Source: Alphaproteobacteria bacterium
GTDB taxonomy: Bacteria > Pseudomonadota > Alphaproteobacteria > UBA828
Length of the DNA: 64,000 nucleotides
Assembly: GCA_963422645.2 (NCBI GenBank)
Contig: CAXXVO010000008.1
Coordinates: 64,001 to 128,000 of the forward strand
Direction of reading: 5' to 3'
Shown here: piece after piece, positions 38,850 through 47,174 of the stretch
Position numbering within the stretch: position 1 is the first letter of the stretch
How the letters are laid out: each line of letters begins with the position of its first letter
Notes under the pieces: generated by a model
The model's input: only the letters and a program-made list of their open reading frames with translations
Told to the model about the DNA's origin: nothing
The model's database searches: none
Position numbers and translations under genes: made by a program

Positions 38850-38943
38850 TTCAGTTCCCTCAAGCGCCGGGCGCTCGCTCCGCTCGCTTGGCTTTCGCGC
38901 CATTCGGCGCGGCGCGCAGTCGCGCGCTCCGGGCCTGGCGGCC
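38850..38943. repeat. Second copy of the dispersed ~90-bp GC-rich repeat
   Basis: Shares CGGGCGCTCGCTCCGCTC, GCGCAGTCGCGC and TCCGGGCCTG blocks with 13251-13340. Confidence 0.55.
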
Positions 38944-39039
38944 GGGCCCTGCTCGCGTCCCACGATTCGTCGGAGACCGTTGCTTGCGGCAAAGGGCGCC
39001 CTTCGCCAGACTCGCCGCCGGCATTGGTGAGGAACAGGC

Positions 39040-40050
39040 ATGAGCGACCGCCCGCAGATCGACCCGCCCTATCTGCTCTTCCTTGGCGACGCGCGCGATG
39101 AGCTCGCCGCCAAGACCGCGCGTGGGGTGTTCGTCTTTCGCCCGGAGTGGTGCCTCGGCCAGATCAGGCTGCCGGGCTGCAAGGCCCGCCTCGACCTGCC
39201 CGAGATGACGGTCGAGGACGCGGCGGCCAAGGGCGCGAAGTGCCTCATCGTCGGCGTCGCCAATGCGGGCGGCGTGGTCAGCGAAAGCTGGACCGCCACC
39301 CTCGTGGCGGCGCTCGAAGCGGGCCTCGACGTGGCCAGCGGGCTTCATGTGCGCCTGAGCGACCTGCCGGCGGTGCGCGATGCGGCCGAGGCCAACGGCC
39401 GGCATCTCTTCGACGTGCGCCATCCGTCCCAGGAATTCAAGGTGGGGACGGGCTTGCGCAGAGCCGGCAAGCGCCTGCTCACGGTGGGCACCGACGCCTC
39501 GGTCGGCAAGATGTACGCCACGCTCGCGCTCGAAGCCGAATGGCGCCGGCGCGGCGTCAACTGCACCTTCCGCGCGACCGGGCAGACCGGAATCTTCGTC
39601 GCCGGCCGCGGGGTCTCGGTCGATGCGGTGGTGGCGGACTTCATCTCCGGCGCCACCGAGTGGCTCGCGCCCGAGAACGACCCGGATCACTGGGACCTCG
39701 TCGAGGGGCAAGGCTCGCTCTTCCACCCCTCCTACGCCGGCGTGACGCTCGGCCTGATCCACGGCGCCCAGCCCGACGCCATCGTGATCTGCCACGAGCC
39801 GACGCGTACCACCATGCGGGGCCTGCCGGGCTGGCCGCTGCCCGAGCTCGGCGCCTGCATCGAGGCCAACCTTCAGGCGGCGCGGCTCACCAATCCCGAC
39901 GTCATGTGCGCGGGTATCTGCGTCAACACCGAGGCGCTGGGAGCGGCGGAGGCCGACGCGCTGCTGGAAGAACTGGGAGCGGCCCACGGCCTGCCCTGCG
40001 TCGATCCGATCCGCACCGGTGTGGGCCCGATCGCCGACCGCGTTCTCTAA
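39040..40050 (+). CDS. dgcN: DUF1611 family, D-glutamate N-acetyltransferase DgcN-like
   Basis: PYLLFLGD, VGTDASVGKM, ATGQTG, EGQGSLFHPSY; next to an epimerase. Confidence 0.85.
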   Translation: MSDRPQIDPPYLLFLGDARDELAAKTARGVFVFRPEWCLGQIRLPGCKARLDLPEMTVEDAAAKGAKCLIVGVANAGGVVSESWTATLVAALEAGLDVASGLHVRLSDLPAVRDAAEANGRHLFDVRHPSQEFKVGTGLRRAGKRLLTVGTDASVGKMYATLALEAEWRRRGVNCTFRATGQTGIFVAGRGVSVDAVVADFISGATEWLAPENDPDHWDLVEGQGSLFHPSYAGVTLGLIHGAQPDAIVICHEPTRTTMRGLPGWPLPELGACIEANLQAARLTNPDVMCAGICVNTEALGAAEADALLEELGAAHGLPCVDPIRTGVGPIADRVL

Positions 40051-40062
40051 GGACCGCGCCTG

Positions 40063-41046
40063 GTGAGCCGGCGCCTCACCGTGCGCCTGGAGACGTGGCC
40101 GCTCGCGCGCGCCTTTCGTATCTCCCGCGGCGCCAAGACGGAGGCCCGCGTCGTCGTCGCCGAGATCGCCGACGGCCCCAACACCGGCCGGGGCGAGGCG
40201 GTCCCCTACGCCCGTTACGACGAGACACCTGAGGGGACGTGCGCGGCGATCGAGGGCCGGCGTGAAACGATCGAGAGCGGCATTACCCGGGAGGCGCTGC
40301 AGGACGCGCTGCCGCCGGGCGCTGCCCGCAATGCGCTGGACTGCGCGCTCTGGGACCTGGAGGCGAAGCAGACCGGCCGGCCTGCCTGGGCGCTGGCGGG
40401 GCTCGACGAGCCCCAGCCTTGTACGACTGCCGTGACCCTCAGCCTCGATACGCCCGAGAGCATGGGCGAGGCCGCCGCCTCGCATTCAGCGCTTCCCCTG
40501 CTCAAGCTCAAGGTCACTGGCGAGGGCGACCTCGCGCGAATCCAGGCGGTCCGCGAGAATGCGCCCGGCGCCAGGCTAATCGTGGACGCGAACGAAGGCT
40601 GGACCGTGCCGATGCTTGAGGCGTTCCTGCCAGCGTTCGCCGACCTCGGAGTCGAGATGGTAGAGCAGCCGCTGCCGGCTGCGGACGACGCCGCACTCGA
40701 GGGCCGTCAATTCGCGCTCCCGCTCTGCGCCGACGAGAGCTGCCACACGCGGGAGGACCTGACACGGCTCGCGGGCCGCTACCCGATGATCAACATCAAG
40801 CTGGACAAGACCGGGGGGCTCACGGAGGCGCTCGCGCTCGCGGTGGAGGCGCGGGCCATGGGATTCGACATCATGGTGGGCAGCATGGTCGGCACCTCGC
40901 TCGCCATGGCGCCGGCGGCGCTGCTCGCCGGCTTCGCCGACTACGTCGATCTCGACGGCCCGCTGCTGCTGGCCCGCGACCGTTCGCCGGGACTCAGCTA
41001 CGACGGCGCGGTCATGGCGCCACCGGAGCTCGCACTCTGGGGATAA
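40063..41046 (+). CDS. dgcA: N-acetyl-D-Glu racemase / L-Ala-D/L-Glu epimerase (enolase superfamily)
   Basis: KLK, DANEGW, EQP, ADES, NIKLDKTGG, DLDGP. Confidence 0.85.
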   Translation: MSRRLTVRLETWPLARAFRISRGAKTEARVVVAEIADGPNTGRGEAVPYARYDETPEGTCAAIEGRRETIESGITREALQDALPPGAARNALDCALWDLEAKQTGRPAWALAGLDEPQPCTTAVTLSLDTPESMGEAAASHSALPLLKLKVTGEGDLARIQAVRENAPGARLIVDANEGWTVPMLEAFLPAFADLGVEMVEQPLPAADDAALEGRQFALPLCADESCHTREDLTRLAGRYPMINIKLDKTGGLTEALALAVEARAMGFDIMVGSMVGTSLAMAPAALLAGFADYVDLDGPLLLARDRSPGLSYDGAVMAPPELALWG

Positions 41047-41156
41047 GAATGTGGATACAGGCCTTGCCCGGCCTTGTCTCTCTGCGCTCGATCTGAAACT
41101 CTGGCGCGACACTGGATCGGCCCGGCTACCGCCTGGGCCAGCGCAGCGAGAGGGCC

Positions 41157-41807
41157 ATGGGCCGCCTGTTGGAACTCGGAGAGCGGTTGGAGCTCGTCTC
41201 CATGGACCCGCACTTCCATGACATCAGCATCTCCCTCTACCGGGAGACCGGGGAGGGTGACACCTCCGGCTTTCTCGCGCACAGCTACAGCGGGAAAGAG
41301 GGCGCCACCGAGCGATTGGCCTTCGTGATGCGGGCAATGGCGGTCGTGGGCGGCATGGGGCCCGCACCGGGGCAGCCGGGCCGCTTGGCCTTTGCCTGCG
41401 GCGGCGCGCACCGGGCGGCGGTGAGGCGGCTCTTTCTTGAGGCTTGCAAGAAGGCGACGGGCGCCGAGGTTGCAGCGCTGCCCATGAGCATCTACGACAA
41501 GAAGAACGATCTCACCATCGACGCGACGGCGACCGGAGGTGGCGGCTACCGGCTTGCCACCGCCGGCGGCGAGGCCGGCGACAAGGTGGCACGGCGCGTG
41601 GATGGTATGACCCGGGGGCTGATCAAGCTGGCCGAGATGGAGCCGGGCGCGGCGCCGGGCGAAGCTCGCTTCGCCTGCGGCTCCGCCCATGACGAGCTGG
41701 TGGGCCTCCTGCTCGGCCGGGCGCTCAACGTCCGCGCCGCCATGCGCGAGGCGGAGGCAGCGGCGGCGCGGGGCGTCCTCGCCGCGCCGAGCGCGCAACA
41801 GACCTGA
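41157..41807 (+). CDS. Hypothetical protein with two F-A-C-G-x-A-H motifs
   Basis: RBS GAGAGGG; GC3-biased codons; first gene of the corrinoid operon. Confidence 0.75.
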   Translation: MGRLLELGERLELVSMDPHFHDISISLYRETGEGDTSGFLAHSYSGKEGATERLAFVMRAMAVVGGMGPAPGQPGRLAFACGGAHRAAVRRLFLEACKKATGAEVAALPMSIYDKKNDLTIDATATGGGGYRLATAGGEAGDKVARRVDGMTRGLIKLAEMEPGAAPGEARFACGSAHDELVGLLLGRALNVRAAMREAEAAAARGVLAAPSAQQT

Positions 41808-41825
41808 GGGTCGGGAGCGGAAGCG

Positions 41826-42869
41826 ATGACGGCAGTACCCTCCATGACCAGCCGCGAGCGGGTGCTTGCGGCGCTGAAGCGCGAGCCGGTGGATCGCACG
41901 CCCGTGTGCAACCCCACCTCGGTCGCGACTGTCGAGCTGATGGACCTGGTGGACGCGAACTTCCCGCTCGCGAACCGCGACCCGGAGCTGATGGCGCGGC
42001 TCGCCGCCACCAGCTACACCGAGCTCGGCTTCGACAGCATCATGCCGGTCTTCTCGATCATCCAGGAATCGTCCGCGCTCGGCTGCAAGATGCAGTGGGA
42101 GCAGAAGGACAACTGGCCGACCGTGCGCATGCGCGAGCCGATTTGGGAGGACGTGGACGACATCCGCATCCCCAACGATTTCCTCCTGCACCCGGACATG
42201 GCTTGCGTGATCGAGGCGATCCGCCTGCTGCGCCGCGAGTTCGGCGACGAGGTCGCGATCATCGGCAAGACCATGGGGCCGTGGACGCTGGGCTATCACT
42301 GCTTCGGCGTCGAGCCCTTCCTGCTCTTGTCGCTCGACGATCCGGGCAAGACCAAGCTCGCACTCGACCGCATGAAGGAGGCGACGATCGTCTTCGGGAT
42401 GGCGCAGATCGAGGCGGGCGCGGACGCGCTCACGGTCCCCGATCACGCCACCGGCGACCTGGTCAGCGCCGACTACTACAAGCGCTACCTCAAGGACCTC
42501 CACATCGAGTTGGTGGAGCGCCTGCCGGTGCCGCTCATCCTCCATATCTGCGGGCGCACCGTGGACCGCATGGGCTACATCGCCGAGACCGGGATCGCCG
42601 CCTTCCACTTCGATTCCAAGAACAAGCCGGCCGAATCCGTGGCGGTGATGGACGACCGGGTATCGCTGGTCGGCAACATCAACAATCCCGAGACGCTCTT
42701 CGCCAAGGGGCCCGACGACGTGCGCAAGGAGGTCTATGCCAACCTCGACGCCGGCGTGCAGGGGGTGGGGCCGGAATGCGCCATCCCGCTCCAGACCTCG
42801 GTCGAGAACCTGCGCGAGATTCCGCTGGCGGTGCGCGACTGGCACGCCGAGCACGACCGCCCGCACTAA
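41826..42869 (+). CDS. MtaA/CmuA family (UroD-fold) Zn-dependent corrinoid methyltransferase
   Basis: MTSRERVLAAL..PVDR.PV, P.LMA.LA, GPWT, AQIEAGAD; Zn ligands in LHICG and PECAIP; LVGNI. Confidence 0.88.
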   Translation: MTAVPSMTSRERVLAALKREPVDRTPVCNPTSVATVELMDLVDANFPLANRDPELMARLAATSYTELGFDSIMPVFSIIQESSALGCKMQWEQKDNWPTVRMREPIWEDVDDIRIPNDFLLHPDMACVIEAIRLLRREFGDEVAIIGKTMGPWTLGYHCFGVEPFLLLSLDDPGKTKLALDRMKEATIVFGMAQIEAGADALTVPDHATGDLVSADYYKRYLKDLHIELVERLPVPLILHICGRTVDRMGYIAETGIAAFHFDSKNKPAESVAVMDDRVSLVGNINNPETLFAKGPDDVRKEVYANLDAGVQGVGPECAIPLQTSVENLREIPLAVRDWHAEHDRPH

Positions 42870-42909
42870 GGCCCTGTGACACCCCGTCCATTTCACCACT
42901 GAGTCCCCC

Positions 42910-43659
42910 ATGGCTGAACTTGCCGACATCGCCAACGCGGTGATCCGCGACGAGATCGAGGAGTTTCTCGAGCGTCCCGACGAGATCGAGCGCAACGTCG
43001 CGCACTTCGCGCGCACGCGTCCTGAGATGCAGGACATCGCCGCCGCGTTGATCGAGGGCGACAATCATACGGTCGACGCACTCACCACGCAGGCGCTGGA
43101 GGCGGGCACCGAGGCGCTGGAGATCATGGACGACGGCCTGATCGCCGGCATGGGCATCGTCGGCATCAAGTTCCGCGAGAACTTCATCTTCGTGCCCGAG
43201 GTGCTGGCCTGCGCGCGGGCGATGAAGGCGGGAATGGCCCATATCGAGCCGATACTCTCGGCCTCGGGCGTCGAGCCCCTCGGTACCGTGATCATGGGCA
43301 CGGTCAAGGGCGACCTCCACGACATCGGCAAGAATCTCTGCATCATGATGCTCTCCGGCGCGGGCTTCGAGGTGGTGGATCTAGGCGTGGACACGTCGGA
43401 AGACGAGTTCATTGCCGCGCTGGAGGAGCACGGGGCGCCAATCATGGGCATGTCGGCGCTGCTGACCACGACGATGCCGAACATGGGAAAGACCATCGAG
43501 GCGCTGATCGACGCCGACCTCCGCGATGATGTGATGGTGATGGTGGGCGGCGCCCCGGTGACCGAGGAGTTCGCCGACGACATGGGCGCGGACGGCTACG
43601 GCAAGGACGCGCTCTCCTGCGTGGCACTGGCCAAGAAGCTGATGGAAGAGCGCGGTTAG
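42910..43659 (+). CDS. Corrinoid (B12-binding) protein
   Basis: Cap domain FVPEVL..ARAMK; DLHDIGKN (DxHxxG), MSALLTTTM, VGGAPVT. Confidence 0.93.
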   Translation: MAELADIANAVIRDEIEEFLERPDEIERNVAHFARTRPEMQDIAAALIEGDNHTVDALTTQALEAGTEALEIMDDGLIAGMGIVGIKFRENFIFVPEVLACARAMKAGMAHIEPILSASGVEPLGTVIMGTVKGDLHDIGKNLCIMMLSGAGFEVVDLGVDTSEDEFIAALEEHGAPIMGMSALLTTTMPNMGKTIEALIDADLRDDVMVMVGGAPVTEEFADDMGADGYGKDALSCVALAKKLMEERG

Positions 43660-43667
43660 GCAGGCCG

Positions 43668-45662
43668 TTGCCGAAGATCAGCCAAGAGGACTATCAGCAG
43701 CGGCTTGATCGGCTCACCGAGATCTTCGCGGATATCGTGAGTCATGCCGACGAGCAGGCGACGCAGCGCTGCCCCTACCGCGATGCGCGCGACCGCTGCA
43801 CCGCGGCGTTCTCGTGCGGCAACCAGATTCCTGCCGTCGAGAAGGGCGCGCCCGCGACCTGCGGCCACGACGGCACCTTCGACTATAGCGACGCGTGGGA
43901 GGATGACCCCGCCGCCGAGGAGCGTGCGAAGAAGAAGCTCGGCGCGATCAGACAAGCCGCCGCGGCGCAGCGGGAAGGCGCACCGCGACCCACGGGACCC
44001 GGCACCGTCTCCCACGACGGCAGAACACAGTCGCTCGCCATCGGCATGACGCTCTTCGACTGCGCCGACGAGCTCGCCGTCGAGGTGCCGACCTCCTGCC
44101 AGCGCAACGGCCGCTGTCACGAATGCGTGGTCGAGGTGAGCGCGGGCGATGAGGCTCTGTGCGCCCGCACCGAGGCGGAGGGATTTCTGCGCGCGCCCTA
44201 TCGCCTCGCTTGTCAGGCGATGGTCGAGCGGGACGACATCGACGTTGCGTTCGCACCGCTCCGCCGCCGCCCTCGCATCCTGGTGCGCGCCCATGCGGAT
44301 GCGGCCGGCGCGCCCGCGACGCTCGACCCCCTCGTCACCCGGCGGGGCGAAGAGGTGTTGTATGACGGCGACGTGGTGGACCGCTACCGGGGCAGCATGT
44401 TGGGTCTCGCGGTCGATCTCGGCACCACGACGGTGGTGCTCGACTTTGTCGATCTGGAGACCGGCAAGAGCGTGCACAGCGCCGCCTTCGAGAACCCGCA
44501 GGCCTTCGGCGGCAGCGACGTCATGCACCGTATCTCTTACGACCGCGAGGACAAGGCGGGCGAGCTGCAGAAGGCAGCGGCATCGGCCATCAACCGCGCC
44601 ATCGTTGACGGCTGCGCCCGGCTCGGCACCAACCGCCAGGCGATCTACGAGATCGTGGTCGCGGCCAACCCAACCATGCGCGATATCCTGTTCAAGTTGG
44701 ATGTCCAGGGAATCGGCCAGAAGCCCTACAAGTCTTCCATCGAGCACGCCTTCCTCGCCGGCGAGCGGGCGAACACGGCGCTCAGCGTCCGCGCGCTGCG
44801 CTTGGGCCTGCGCGCCAACCGTGCGGCCCGCGTCTATGGGCTGCCGCTCATCGCGAGCCATGTGGGGGGCGATGCCGCAGCCGCCCTCGTGGCGCTCGAA
44901 GAAGGGTTCGCCGACGCCGATACCGTGATGCTGGTCGACATGGGCACCAACACCGAGGTCGTGCTCAAGCACCGGGGCCGGATGCTCGCCGCCTCCTGCC
45001 CGGCGGGGCCGGCGTTCGAGGGCGGGCTGGTGCGCTACGGCATGCCGGCCTGCGACGGCGCCATCGAGGCGGTCCGTCTCGGCGAAGACGGCGAGGCCGC
45101 CTGCGAGACCATCGGCGGCAAGGAGCCGGTGGGGCTCTGCGGCTCCGGCCTCATCGACCTGCTGGCGGAGCTGCGCCGGGCTGACGTGCTGACCGCCAAG
45201 GGTGTCTTCACCGCCGACCGCAAGCAGAGGGAGATGATGGTGGTGCCGGAGCACGGGATCACCTTCTCCAAGGAGGACGCCAGCAACCTCGGCCAGGCCA
45301 AGGCCGCCAACTACTGCGGGCAGTACATCGTCATGCGCGCGCTCGGCGTCGATCCCGCTGGGATCGATCGGCTCTATCTCGCGGGCGGCTTCGCCAACTA
45401 CGTGAACGTGCGCAGCGCCATCGCCATCGGCCTGCTGGCGCCGGTACCGGAGGAACGCGTCGTCAAGGCCGGCAACGCGGCGGCGCGCGGGGCGCGGGCG
45501 ATCCTGCTCTCGGCCGCCCGGCGGCGCGCGCTGGAGCGCGAGGTCCAGGACATCGAGCATATCGAGCTGGAGACCACGCCCGATTTCTTCGACCTCTTCG
45601 TGGACGGCTGCCAGCTCAAGCCCATGCCCTCGCACCTCGCACCTGAAGGGACCGCCGCATGA
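43668..45662 (+). CDS. Reductive activator of corrinoid protein (RACo/DUF4445 ASKHA ATPase) with 2Fe-2S domain and Cys-rich N-terminal extension
   Basis: CQRNGRCHEC...RLACQ; DLGTTT, DMGTNTE, AGPAFEG, GLCGSG, LAGGF; TTG start. Confidence 0.9.
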   Translation: MPKISQEDYQQRLDRLTEIFADIVSHADEQATQRCPYRDARDRCTAAFSCGNQIPAVEKGAPATCGHDGTFDYSDAWEDDPAAEERAKKKLGAIRQAAAAQREGAPRPTGPGTVSHDGRTQSLAIGMTLFDCADELAVEVPTSCQRNGRCHECVVEVSAGDEALCARTEAEGFLRAPYRLACQAMVERDDIDVAFAPLRRRPRILVRAHADAAGAPATLDPLVTRRGEEVLYDGDVVDRYRGSMLGLAVDLGTTTVVLDFVDLETGKSVHSAAFENPQAFGGSDVMHRISYDREDKAGELQKAAASAINRAIVDGCARLGTNRQAIYEIVVAANPTMRDILFKLDVQGIGQKPYKSSIEHAFLAGERANTALSVRALRLGLRANRAARVYGLPLIASHVGGDAAAALVALEEGFADADTVMLVDMGTNTEVVLKHRGRMLAASCPAGPAFEGGLVRYGMPACDGAIEAVRLGEDGEAACETIGGKEPVGLCGSGLIDLLAELRRADVLTAKGVFTADRKQREMMVVPEHGITFSKEDASNLGQAKAANYCGQYIVMRALGVDPAGIDRLYLAGGFANYVNVRSAIAIGLLAPVPEERVVKAGNAAARGARAILLSAARRRALEREVQDIEHIELETTPDFFDLFVDGCQLKPMPSHLAPEGTAA

Positions 45663-46687
45663 CCACCGCACCGCTGATCGTCATCGGCGAGAACATCCAC
45701 TGCACCCGTGTCGCGCTCCGCAAGGGCAAGCGCATCGCAGAGCGCGACGGCGCTGAGGTCATCTTCTACGAGACCGCAGAGGGCGAGGAGCGCGCGCTGC
45801 CGGTGACGGCGGAGGCGAAGCGGACCAAGGACTACGAGGAAGGGCGGGTCAAGCACGTCCAGGTCGCGATCGAGACCGCGATGGAGACGGCGGCGGGCGA
45901 TCCGGCCGAGGGCCTGCGTTACATCGAGGCGCAGATCCGCCATCAGGAGCGCACAGGCGCCGCCTTCCTCGACCTCAACGTCGACGAGATCGCGCCCAAG
46001 CTCGCCGTGCAGACCGGCGCCATGGCCTGGCTCGCCGCCACGGTTCAGGAGATGACCGAACTCCCGATCTCCGTCGATTCCTCCAGCGTGGACGTGATCC
46101 GCGCAGGCCTGGAGGCGCTCGCGCCGGCCAAGATGCGCCCGATGCTCAACTCGGCCTCGCTGGAGCGGTTGGATGCGCTCGACCTCGCGCGGGAGCACGA
46201 CTGCCGCGTGGTGGTGACCGCGGCCGGCGAGCGAGGGATGCCCGACGGCGCCGACGAGCGCGTGGCGAACGCATCCCGCATGGTGGAGGCCGCCTTGGCG
46301 AGAGGGTTCGCCATCGGTGACCTCTATATCGACCCGCTGGTCTTCCCGATCTCGGTCGACTCCAGCTTCGGCAACCACTGCTTCGACGCGATCCGCACCT
46401 TGCGCGCGCGCTTCGGCGACGAGGTCCACATCACCGGCGGCATGAGCAACGTCTCGTTCGGGCTGCCGGCGCGCAAGCTCCTGAACGAGATGTTCGTGCT
46501 GCTAGCGGTCGAGGCCGGTGCCGATGGCGGAATCATGGACCCGGTGGCGAGCCCGCCGGAGGCGATCCTCGGCATCGACCGCACGGAGCCTAACTACAAG
46601 CTAGCCGAAGACGTGTTGATGGGGCGGGACGAGCACTGCATGGCCTACATCCGGGCCTGGCGAAAAAGCAGGCGCAAGGCCAAGTGA
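45659..46687 (+). CDS. Methyltetrahydrofolate:corrinoid methyltransferase (AcsE/MetH pterin-binding family)
   Basis: VIGENI, LDLNV, ISVDS, MLNS, IDPLVFP, GMSNVSFGLP; ATGA overlap with the previous gene. Confidence 0.88.
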   Translation: MTTAPLIVIGENIHCTRVALRKGKRIAERDGAEVIFYETAEGEERALPVTAEAKRTKDYEEGRVKHVQVAIETAMETAAGDPAEGLRYIEAQIRHQERTGAAFLDLNVDEIAPKLAVQTGAMAWLAATVQEMTELPISVDSSSVDVIRAGLEALAPAKMRPMLNSASLERLDALDLAREHDCRVVVTAAGERGMPDGADERVANASRMVEAALARGFAIGDLYIDPLVFPISVDSSFGNHCFDAIRTLRARFGDEVHITGGMSNVSFGLPARKLLNEMFVLLAVEAGADGGIMDPVASPPEAILGIDRTEPNYKLAEDVLMGRDEHCMAYIRAWRKSRRKAK

Positions 46688-46700
46688 AAAAGAGACACCC

Positions 46701-47102
46701 ATGACCGAGACCGAACGGCCGCCGGACGCCGAGCCCGCGCTCCGCACGCTCGCCATGCCCGCCGACGCGAACCCCAACGGCGACATCTTCGGCGGCTGGG
46801 TGCTGGCGCAGATGGACCTTGCCGGCGGCGTTGTGGCGGCGCGGCGCGCCGGCGGACGCTTGGCCACGGTGGCGGTGGAGGCGATGCGCTTCCACGCCCC
46901 GATCGCCGTCGGCGACCTCGTGACCTGCTACGCCGAGGTAGTGAAGACCGGGACGACCTCGATCACCATCGACATCCAGACCTGGGCGCGCCGGCGGCGC
47001 GGCACCGTGGAGGTGAAGGTGACCGAAGGGACCTTCATCTACGTTGCCATCGACGACAACGGCCGGCCCCGCCCGCTCCCCGAAGAGACGGCGGAGAGTT
47101 GA
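46701..47102 (+). CDS. Acyl-CoA thioesterase (hotdog fold, YciA-like)
   Basis: LAMPADANPNGDIFGGWVLAQMD. Confidence 0.92.
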   Translation: MTETERPPDAEPALRTLAMPADANPNGDIFGGWVLAQMDLAGGVVAARRAGGRLATVAVEAMRFHAPIAVGDLVTCYAEVVKTGTTSITIDIQTWARRRRGTVEVKVTEGTFIYVAIDDNGRPRPLPEETAES

Positions 47103-47174
47103 CGATTGGAGCGAGACCGTCTTTGACGGGCTCGCGACAGGCCGCGACGGCGGCCCGTCAAGAACGCACGCGCC

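Noticed and set aside
41047-41156. Cobalamin riboswitch or sigma54 promoter upstream of the corrinoid operon
   Set aside because: The 110-bp gap lacks recognisable B12-box elements, and TGGCGC is not followed by a correctly spaced TTGC.
41826-43659. Naming these genes cmuA, mtaA or hemE
   Set aside because: CmuA is a fused two-domain protein, no methanogenesis or CoM context is visible, and the Zn motif and operon argue against UroD. The substrate cannot be fixed from sequence.
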